A model generated the notes under the pieces. The model did not search any database, was not told where the DNA came from, and saw only the letters and a program-made list of their open reading frames with translations. A stretch of DNA of 64,000 bases from Lytechinus pictus (lineage: Eukaryota), in NCBI RefSeq assembly GCF_037042905.1, contig NC_087251.1:11906001-11970000 (forward strand). The letters are read 5' to 3'. This document shows positions 26,001 to 35,900 of the stretch, in pieces. Within the stretch, counting starts at the first letter, position 1. Each line of letters starts with the position of its first letter. Made by a program: the position numbers and the translations under genes.

Positions 26001-28029
26001 AATTGAAATTGATTAACAAATGAAGAAGAAAAAACATTTTTTGTGATTTATGAATAAATTTTGCATAAATTAGCATAAATAATTTTCCAGACAAAATTTC
26101 AAAATTTTGTGTACAAGTTTGGTGAACCTCATGCAGCTCTACCAGATGGAAGAAAAAAATCAAAATCTGTCAACAAATAAAGAAGAGGCATTTTCGGTGA
26201 TTTATGAATAAATTTCGCATAAATTAGCATAAATAATTTTCTACTAAAAATTTCAAAATTCTGTGTAGAAGTTTGGTGAACATCATAAAGTTCTACCAGA
26301 TGGAAGAAAAAAAAATCAAAATCGGTCAACAAATAAAGAAGAGGCATTTTCTGTGATTTCTGAATAAATTTTGCATAAATTAGCATAAACAATTTTCTAC
26401 TGAAAATTTCAAAATTCTGTGTAGAAGTTTGGTGAACCTCATAAAGTTCTACCAGATGGACGAAAAAAAAATCAAAATCGGTCAACAAATAAAGAAGAGG
26501 CATTTTCTGTGATTTCTGAATAAATTTCGCATAAATTGGCATAAATAATTTTCTACTGAAAATTTCAAAATTCTGTGTATAAGTACCGTGAACCTCATGA
26601 AGTTCTACCAGATGGAAGAAAACAAATCAAAATCGGTCAACAATTAAAGAAGAAAAAGCATTTTATGTGAATTTTTAAAAATATGAATAAATTAATTTTG
26701 CATAAATCAGCATAAAAATTGTTCTAGTCAAAATTTCGAAATTCTTTGTAGAAGTTTGGTGGACCTCATGAAGCTCTACCAGATGGAAAAAAAAAATCAA
26801 AATCGGTCAACAAATAAAGAAGAAGCATTTTATGTGAATTTTTAAAAATTTGCATAAATTAGCATGAAAATTAAACTGGTCAAAATTTCAAAATTCTGTG
26901 TAGAAGTTTGGTGAACCTCATGAAGCTCTACCAGATGGAAGCAAAAAATTCAAAATTGGTCAACAAAAAAAGAAGCATTTTTTGTGAATTTTGAAAAATG
27001 CGCATAAATTAGCATATTTAATGAATTTCAAAATTCTGTGTAGAAGTTTTGAATCCCCCACCTAGTGCTATCATGTAAAGCAAACAGAATTGAAATCGGA
27101 CTTGAAATGGCGAAGAAGTAGCATTTTGAAATTGTGGACGGACAACAGACAACGGACGTTGGACGCCACGCCACAAGCTCATCTTGCCCTTCCGGCCGGA
27201 TGAGCTAAAAACTTTAATTTTCTCATGAAAAAAAAATGAACTCACTTTTGTTCAAGCTCATCGGCTCGCTTCTGATAGAGACTGAGTGTTGTCTGCTCAG
27301 AGGCAAGTGCTTTGACCTTTCCAGAGAGGTAAAATGCTTCCTCTTGACCTTTCTCTATGGTGTCAATGCAATCTTCATACTCAGCTTTGATTGCACTCAG
27401 GAGGGACTTGTAGGCAGAAACATTGTCAATAATCTAGGGGAGGGAGAGATAAAAAGAATATAATTTATTGTGTCAAACAATTTTAAAAGGTTTTCTTTTC
27501 TTTTTATTTATTTATTAACCACTCGTGGGATGGAACATCCTATCAGCAAATGCTGCCAGGGGTCCATAAATCTGCCCCCACCTCTAAACATCTCCCCTAA
27601 AAAAAATCCAGGTTAAAAAACTCAACACATTCTAATACCTTTTTTCAGATTGTTTACAAGGTATCATCACTTTTTTCTTCCCAATCAATCATGGATAAAC
27701 ATCTTTATTGTGTTCATTTTCAGATATCTTCAATATCATCATTATTACAATGCATGCCAATTCTCTTCTCACTGGAGAACATTTTCTCAAGTTTCACTGG
27801 AGATTCTCCTCAACATGATGCTCATACAAACCTGATCAAAGGCTCCTTTGTAGATGGCATATCGATGAGGGTCAGGCCCTTCCTCTGCACATTCTACCCT
27901 GGCTACCTCCACGTTGATCTGATCTTCAAGTTCCTTCAAGAACTGCTTGTAGACATCAGGGCTGGGCGATATGGGCGGCAGGACCTGACGAGATCCTTGA
28001 ATGGACTGTGGTTGCGGCATCTTGCTCAT
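17340..28029 (-). CDS. CLHC1: Clathrin heavy chain linker domain-containing protein 1 (about 606 aa)
   Basis: Ten phase-consistent GT-AG exons: 28029-27832, 27433-27246, 24122-23965, 23348-23147, 22851-22724, 22361-22173, 21683-21509, 20360-20143, 18690-18502, 17515-17340 (TGA). N-terminal TSNAXIP1_N-like coiled coil (RYAIYKGAFDQIIDNVSAYKSLLSAIKAEYE) and clathrin-linker motif [35 protein letters not shown]. Confidence 0.9.
17556..17856. mobile_element. MITE with TIR TGGGTGGTATTCTG
   Basis: tgggtggtattctg ... cagaataccaccca perfect 14-bp inverted ends. Confidence 0.7.
18976..19847 (+). mobile_element. Helentron/pearl-like non-autonomous element, family B
   Basis: Subterminal IR gtgtctcgcccac, four about 160-bp tandem units, (GGAC)n microsatellite at 19768-19799, terminal hairpin gtctcgcc...gtgggcgatac plus A-run. 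Confidence 0.8.
20731..20925. mobile_element. Degenerate short MITE
   Basis: ggtgggtgtttcataaaaattgaagtgtgact ... agtcacacttaatcttgtgatacatcccc inverted arms; termini similar to the 3174 family. Confidence 0.55.
23020..23118. repeat. (CAT/CAC)n microsatellite
   Basis: Direct reading. Confidence 0.95.
24881..25431. mobile_element. Non-autonomous DNA transposon with about 45-bp CCCGGGGGGG TIRs and 8-bp TSD
   Basis: cccgggggggccacttccattcacgagtggataccatgcgcgacca / tggtcgcgcatggtatccactcgtcaatgtaagtggcccccccggg; AAGAAAGA on both sides. Confidence 0.88.
25600..27211 (+). mobile_element. Helentron/DINE-1-like non-autonomous element, family C
   Basis: Subterminal IR agctcatccggc (25622), about ten roughly 140-bp tandem units (aaatttcaaaattctgtgtagaagtttggtgaacctc...), degenerate GGAC tract, terminal hairpin agctcatc...gccggatgagct plus A-run. 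Confidence 0.8.
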
Positions 28030-28837
28030 CTATATGCAAGTGACAAATTTAAAATCTACTTGATGAGTTAATGAGTTCATAAAAATCACAAATACCATGT
28101 TATTTTCTGGGTACACATTTCAAATAAGGTTTAAAGTTGAATTAGAATTTGCTCCAATAAAAAAAAAGGCTAATCATTTATTCATTTTTTTCAAAGTTTT
28201 CGACCAAATTATTATTTTTCTTTTATGAAGACATAAAACGATAGACAACTTGTGTTATATTTCACTTACTGCTACAGGGGAATAGGTACCTATGACAAAA
28301 CCAAAAATCTCTGATAATTAAGTACCGGCCTATTGGGAAAGTTGTCTCTTGGCTCTAATTCAAATCTCGGCCAAAAGCCCCACACTCTGTTTCGTTTGAC
28401 TGTTGTTCTGCCAGACTACGTCTTGTTCCTCCATCATTCTTACACTCTGTACAGGGAAACGATGTCCCCAAAATTAAAAATATAGGTCTACATGTATGAA
28501 GGATATTAGTTTTGAAAATAAGTGCAATTACGATTCAATAATCAAAACCCATTTTGGGCAAATTCGGTTGGTGCCAGGGGAATATATTATTAGACTCTGA
28601 TGCCATTTATTGATATTGGGTCTAGATTTAATATGCCATAGAAAATGCCTAAGATCATGGGTTTTAGGGGACTAAAATTATTTGCACACTAAGTGGTTGC
28701 TAACCTCACCCAAGGCAACTCATCCCAGTACATCACACTATAAAATAAATAATCCTGCCCCATTCATGCGGGTGCTGCCACCCCCACCCCTCCTCTCTGG
28801 GTAGGGAGGTTGGGCCGGGGAGGGGCTATCAATAATT

Positions 28838-29156
28838 GGAGCGTTGTGGCCCAATGGATTAGTCTCCGGACTTTGAAACAGAGGGTCGTGGGTTCGAATC
28901 CCAGCCATGGCGTAATTTCCTTCGGCAAGAAATTTATCCACATTGTGCTGCACTCAACCCAGGTGAGGTGAATGGTTACCTGGCAGGAATTTATTCCTTG
29001 AAATGCGTGTGCGCTGTAATCTTAGTAATTACGGCTGCCAAGCTACAGCTGGGGTAATAATATCCAAGTCCTTTGGAAGCGCATAGAGACATTACTCATA
29101 ATTGTGATATGCGCTATACAAGAACTGTTTATTATTATTATTATTATTATTATTAA
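28838..29156 (+). mobile_element. tRNA-derived SINE
   Basis: A box tggcccaatgg, B box ggttcgaatcc, body ...tgctgcactcaacccaggtgaggtgaatgg..., 3' gcgctataca and (TTA)n tail. Confidence 0.88.
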
Positions 29157-29335
29157 TTAATAGCCAGTGTGATTATAGATCAAAAGCTTAGGTCTCTGTT
29201 ACATTGGTTGTTCTACTGAGCTCCGTTGGCTCCACTCACCAATTACAGTTCTATCCTGATCTGTACAGGGACTCAATGGCAGAAATAGATTAAAAAGTTG
29301 CTTTTAATTTTTATGCATGAGATACCTTCTCCTAA

Positions 29336-31110
29336 CATTGTCCTCCATATTTGTACTATCTCCTCTTTTGAAAAAACCGCACTGCACACTCACCTCAGTC
29401 TCATCTTACATTGTCCTCTACATATATTTTATCATTATACATTCTTTAATTGTTAACACCTCACTGTACACTTAATTGCCTCAGCTCATCTTACATTGTC
29501 CTCCACATCATCATTATACATTCTTTGATAAAACCTCATTGTACACTTGCCTCATCTCATCTTACATTGTCCTCCATATATATTTGTATTATCTCCTCTT
29601 TTGAAAAAAACCCTCACTGTACACTTGCCTCAGCTCATCTTACTTTGTCCTCTACATATATTTTATCATTATACATTCTTTGTTAACACCTCACTGTACA
29701 CTTAATTGCCTCAGCTCATCTTACATTGTCCTCCACATCATCATTATACATTCTTTGATAAAACCTCATTGTACACTTGCCTCATCTCATCTTACATTGT
29801 CCTCTATATATATATCTATTATCTCCTCTTTTGAAAAAACCTCACTGCACACTTGCCTCATCTCATCTTACATTGCCCTCTACATATATCTTATCATTCT
29901 TTGATAAAACCCCAGTGTACACTTGCCTCATCTCATCTTACATTGTACTCTACATCATCATTATAAATTCTTTGATAAAACCTCACTGTACACCTGCCTC
30001 ATCTGAGTCATCTCATCTTACATTGTCCTCCATATATCTCCTCTTTTGAAAAACCTCACTGTACACTTGCCTCAGCTCATCTTGCATCATTGTCCTCTAC
30101 ATACATTCTTTGATAAAACCTCACTGTAGACTTGCCTCATCTCATCTTACATTGTCCTCCATATATATTTGTATTATTTCCTCTTTTGTAAAACCTCATT
30201 GTACAATTGCCTCATCTTACATTGTCCTCCACATATAGTTGTATTATCTCCTCTTTTGAAAAAAACCTCACTGCACACTTGCCTCATCTCATCTTAGATT
30301 GTCCTCTACATATATTTCATCATTATACATTCTTTGTTAAAACCTCACTGTACATCTGCCTCATCTCATCTTACATTGTCCTCCATATATATTTGTATTA
30401 TCTCCTCTTTTGAAAAAACCTCACTGTACACTTGCCTCAGCTCATCTTACATTGTCCTCCATATATATTTGTATTATTTCCTCTTTTGTAAAACCTCATT
30501 GTACAATTGCCTCATCTTACATTGTCCTCCACATATAGTTGTATTATCTCCTCTTTTGAAAAAAAACCTCACTGCACACTTGCCTCATCTCATCTTAGAT
30601 TGTCCTCTACATATATTTCATCATTATACATTCTTTGTTGAAACCTCACTGTACACCTGCCTCATCTCATCTTACATAGTCCTCCACATATATTTGTATT
30701 ATCTCCTCTTTTGAAAAAAACCTCACTGCACACTTGCCTCATCTCATCTTAGATTGTCCTCTACATATATTTCATCATTATACATTCTTTGTTAAAACCT
30801 CACTGTACACCTGCCTCATCTCATCTTACATTGTCCTCCATATATATTTGTATTATCTCCTCTTTTGAAAAAACCTCACTGTACACTTGCCTCAGCTCAT
30901 CTTGCATCGTTGTCCTCTACATACATTCTTTGATAAAACCTCACTGTAGACTTGCCTCATCTCATCTTACATTGTCCTCCATAATATATTGGTATTATTT
31001 CCTCTACTATTAATACTTTTGAAAAAAAAACATCACTGCTTGCCTCACCTCATCTTGCACTGTCCTCCATATATATTTATATTATTTCCTCTTCTGTAAA
31101 ACTTCATTGT
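29336..31110. repeat. About 70-bp unit minisatellite array (1.8 kb) with higher-order variants
   Basis: Unit core aaacctcactgtacacttgcctcatctcatcttacattgtcctccatatat repeated more than 20 times. Confidence 0.95.
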
Positions 31111-31199
31111 ACACTTTTATTTTCTGCACTATACTACTCATTCTCTGTTAAATAAACTCCTACGTTGTTTTATACACAAGCACCATTTGAAAACTCTCT

Positions 31200-31365
31200 T
31201 TGGTTATTTACACTCTGTATTGTACACACACACACCCATGCGCCGGCGACTTGAATCTAGACTGTTTGATGGGAAAAATTCGCATTTCGATTGTTGTTTG
31301 CGTAATTTCCACCGCAGTATTATTAGGATCGGACGGAGTATCTTGGCTGAGATTTGGAGGTAAGC
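31200..31365. promoter_or_regulatory. Candidate bidirectional promoter and non-coding first exons of CLHC1 (-) and DYNC2LI1 (+)
   Basis: Local CpG enrichment; plus-strand donor GAG|GTAAGC at 31359/31360; minus-strand donor-like TGG|GTGTGT near 31236; both start codons are preceded by splice acceptors, so upstream exons are required. Confidence 0.5.
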
Positions 31366-31778
31366 GTTTAAAATCCCTTTTTATAAATACTTTTTAGCAT
31401 ATTTTTAAAATTGCATTCAATAAGATTAAGATGAATAAATTTAGTATATTGTGAAGATTTTGGCGTGTGTCATTCTCTCACATTCGTGTGATGAATGAAA
31501 ACGTCAAAATTCATTATGAAATGACATGCGTTGTGCGAGGTTAGTACAACTAACCTCGCATGTTGTGTGACTGATCCGGAACAGGCGCTCTAAGTCTAAC
31601 CGACTGAGCTACGCATTAGGCGTAGGAAGGTGTAAAAATCAATAAAATTCATAAACTTTACATGATTTTTGTCTTAAAAGATGGATTTCCTAGGGAAATC
31701 CATCTTTGTTTTGGTCAGTCTCTTATGCATCTATGGAAGAGTGTCAAGACGTCAATGATGAAGAAGAGTATATGTCAG

Positions 31779-32092
31779 GGGCCGATTGCACGAAAGGGTC
31801 TTTGCAAGGACCGTCTTTCGTGTCGCCCATTTTTTATGATGCGCCATGTGAAACGCATTTCAAATAAATTATCTGCAAACATATTTTATTCGTCCGTTAA
31901 AATAAACAAACTATTTGTTAATAAAATGATTGATGTGATGTCTCGCAAAGTTGTATAAATTTGATTTAAAAGCAAGCTTACGAATTGTATTTGTTTATCA
32001 TAAATTTCAGAAACACCCCGCTTATAGCGTATCATAAAAGATGGGCGACACGAAAGACGGTCCTTGGAAAGACCCTTTCGTGCAATCGGCCC
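31779..32092. mobile_element. MITE with CAG target duplication (PIF/Harbinger-like)
   Basis: CAG|gggccgattgcacgaaagggtctttgcaaggaccgtctttcgtgtcgcccat ... atgggcgacacgaaagacggtccttggaaagaccctttcgtgcaatcggccc|CAG. Confidence 0.9.
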
Positions 32093-32938
32093 CAGGATTT
32101 TTAAAAGTCATCATCAAGACATCATTGCCATTGGCATTGCGTCCTCAAGACTAGGTAAATATGCTGTTCTTATTATTAAATGACGTTACTATTATCATCA
32201 ATGCCGTTGTTATTATTATTATCATCAAAATTTACGCCCACAACAAGGTATGTTATTATTAATTATTATTATGTTCGGCCTATTTCTTATTACTAAAATA
32301 GGACTTAGGGCCTACACAAATCTGAACTTATGGGACTGTGGTCTAGGACTAGATCTGTGCACTTATTATTTACAACATTGTAAAGTAATACAAATAGGTT
32401 ACAAAATAATAAAATAGATTTCCTACGAAAAAAAGAGGATGGGAACTCACCCAAATAATTTCCTCCGTCCAGTGACACTTCTGGATCAAACTTAAAAGAA
32501 CAGAAAGAAAAGAATACCGAGGATCTAGCGATCTAACGTTAGAGAGGATAGGACCGCGGTGAAGCTCGACAGTTTGCCTGAAGTAATCGATTGAAATAAG
32601 ATTCCAAATCAATCTGACAATATAAAAAAATAATTTGATGACACAATTTATTAATGATTTAAAAAAGGTTATTTGATAAACTATTTATATTTTATAATAA
32701 TTAATTATTATATAAAAATGTATTTAAAATAGATATAAATGATAAATGTTACCTATAATCATTAAGAATGAACTCTCAGTAATAGACTAGTGCGCATGTT
32801 CACCCAAGAAATTCCTCTTGACGACTGTAAACAATTGAAATCTCGGTTCGGAAAAATGATGTTTTTATGTTGACCCCCGACTTCTTTATTTCTTATATCT
32901 TGTTTATTCCAGAATTCACTTGAGAAAAACAATCAGAG

Positions 32939-35900
32939 ATGCCTAAATCGTGAGTATAAAATTTGCAATTATTTTACCTTTTTCCCCGATTGAATCACAT
33001 CGTTATATACGTAAAAATTGATCCTCGACGTCGACTGAGCAGCGGCAAGGAGCAAGGCTTCCCCGAACTTCAGGGATCGTAACTTTGGAAGCTCCGCTGC
33101 GTTATGGCCCGATTGGTCGATTACGCACGATCACGAGTCACGACGGAGCTTCCAGGCCAGCCCAGCCCCAGGGGCAAGGCCAGGCCCCAGCCCCCGCAAC
33201 CAGCCCAGCCCTAACGTTAGGCCGACTCACACGTATTTGCTAGCCAGGCGGCTTCTTGAGAGTAAAAATCATTTACTAACGTAGGCTTACTCTAAACGAA
33301 GCCAGGGTCAGGAGTCCTTTCTATTCATCTGCGTGTAGGCCTACCGCAAAAAACCCTGAAACTTTCGCCCCCGAGATTTCTACTTTCCTTCTAAAAAAGA
33401 TCTAGCTCTAATTAATCATGTACATGGCCATGGGATAAAACTTCATTTCCGACATTTCTACGCTCTCGTTATTTTTAAACAAGAATTCATCAAAAAAAAT
33501 GAAACAATATTGTGAAAAGACGGAAGACTCAGAGACTTGCCCGATGTTTACGCCGCCATCTTGTTTCTTATTGTACTTCCCCAACTCAATTAGATCTATA
33601 GATCCAACCTGGGTTAGACTATCTTTCAGATTGAACAAAAAAATGGTGCCCCATGCCATGTCTGTGCTTCCATTAACTTTACACACAATAAAGGGATTTA
33701 TGCTGAAATTTAAAGGGAAATATTTGTATCTAGATTGAATAAATAGATGTATAGTAAATTCTAGCAAAATGCTTAAAATTTCATCAAAATCTGATAACAA
33801 ATAGCGAAGACGAAGTAATTGAATTTTAAAGTTTAACAATATATTGTGAAAACAGTTATAATAATGCACGCCTTCATGAATATTCATTAGATGGGCTGAT
33901 GATGTTACATTCCCACTTTCCTTTTTCTCATGTTATATGAAATCATAATTATTTCATTTTTTATACATGTGTGAATGATTTGTCTCTCTTGTAATGAAAT
34001 ACATTACTGCAACAATATATAATGCACTTAATCAGTTGTCATTACAATATTTCCTTGGAGGAACAAAAATTGAATAATCCAATTTCATTTCATATAATAC
34101 AAAGAACAAGTGTGGATATGACATCATCAGTTTGCTCATTAAATATTCATGAAGACATGTGTAGAACTGTTTCACTGTAATAATGTTGATCTTTTCTTTA
34201 AAATGGCATAACTTTGGTATTCCTTGTCAGATTTTGATCAAACTTTGTCTCATTTTTCTTAATCTGTTCAAATCATATTACTTTCAGTCTGGAGTACCCC
34301 TTTAATGAATTCCAAACATAAAATACATGTTGACATTGTATTGCTAAGAAGTAGATCTATGTGTCTAGTTGTTTAGCAAAGAAGCCCTGATTGTTAAAGA
34401 AGGTATTACTCTTGCAATAATTGTATCATTATTTAATAGGTTAATGCCACTTCCTATAGGATACACATCTATATTATTACAGCACAAATAAAAAAAAATG
34501 TAAAGGCACAGCAAATCTCGGCCAGAGGTACAGTATGTAAGTGAAAACAAATTTCCAAGGCCAATGAGAGGGGCATTGATGGCTATGAGGACAATCTAAT
34601 CTACAACCATGGTCTTCTATGGCCTTGGATTATTTTAATTCAAGCCCTGCTGAGCCTACCATATATATATACATGTCAAATATTTACTTTAAAAAAACAT
34701 GATATGTCACAAAGTATATCTTTTCTCTTTTTGCCCTTTTTAGTGAATAAAACTATGTTGTTTAATACTTAATCATTCTTTTGGAAAGTACATGTATCAA
34801 AAGCATCAAACATGTGGATGCGAAAGTCTGTAACAAGTTCCTATTACAGACTACACTGTCTAAACAGAAACAGTGTATCATTATTGCTTGGAAAAAGACC
34901 CCCTATTTAGCCTTTAATCCTGTGCTTATTTTGCTAATTCCTCAGCAAATATACAATCTCTTCCAGAATCTTTTGGCACATACATGTATTTCAAACAGAC
35001 ACATGGATAGTCATGTTATTAGATTCTATACGAATTCATTTTAAAATCGTGACCACCACCGGCATTATTTTCAAAATTTAGCTAAGAACCTATTCTTTTG
35101 AAAAATTTCCCATGGAAATCCCCATTTAAAATCAATCACATCTGGCTAATGTCTAAATTATCTGAATTATTGCATTTCTTGTATAATTTCAGTGTGGAGA
35201 AATCAATTTGGGACATTGCCATTCTTGAAGCTGAAAAGAAGAATGCTTCTGAATCCAAAGATGAGGGTAAGGTTGCCAGTTGCTTACAGACAGTTTGTTT
35301 TAGGCCAAGAATTCCATTTTGAAATTATCATATACTTCGTTATTTAATTAAATTTACAGAGTAAACAGTTAAAGAGGAAGGAGAAACTTGAAATGAGGAA
35401 TCAGAAAAAGAGGAGGATGATAGTGATAGTGACAATGGTGACTAGGTGATAGTGATGTTGGTAATGATGATGATGCTGCTAAGTCTGATGATGATCCACT
35501 TTTGCCTTATAGAGTTGCTCTGTTACCCTATACTATGTGATTTCAGATTCAATTCTTCTTGCTTTATACAATTTTATATTCCAGGTGGCGAAACAAAGGG
35601 CTCAGAGAATCACATTTTGTTTATTGGCAGTAAAAATGCAGTAAGTTATCAAATAGGCCTATATGTTGCCACCAATGTCAGTGACATGTGCATATTTGTT
35701 TTGGAAACATAAATTTGACTTATTTGACATAATTTTGTTGATTTGGGCCAATATACATGTATAAAATTACTTGAAAATGTGTAAAACAGTTAATTAAACA
35801 ATTATCACAAAATTCTACAAAATATTTCGTAAACAATGATTGTCATTAATTTCACCAATTTATTGTAATTTTATTGTAATCAAGATAGTTCATCAATAAG

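Noticed and set aside
25780..27060. CRISPR-like array or coding ORF 26129-26542
   Set aside because: Eukaryotic intron; whole units repeat with no unique spacers and no cas genes. The ORF is a by-product of the tandem array.
28324..28447. Extra N-terminal coding exon of CLHC1 (MMEEQD...)
   Set aside because: An acceptor is present but in-frame donors are weak and the frame stops before the better donor; more likely a 5' UTR exon or nothing.
28838..28912. tRNA gene
   Set aside because: A and B boxes are present, but the acceptor stem is poor and the sequence continues into a SINE body and (TTA)n tail.
29450..31013. Repetitive His/Leu/Ser ORFs
   Set aside because: Open frames through the minisatellite, with no splice or homology support.
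31286..31310. RFX X-box in the shared promoter
   Set aside because: gttgtttgcgtaat has too many mismatches to the consensus.
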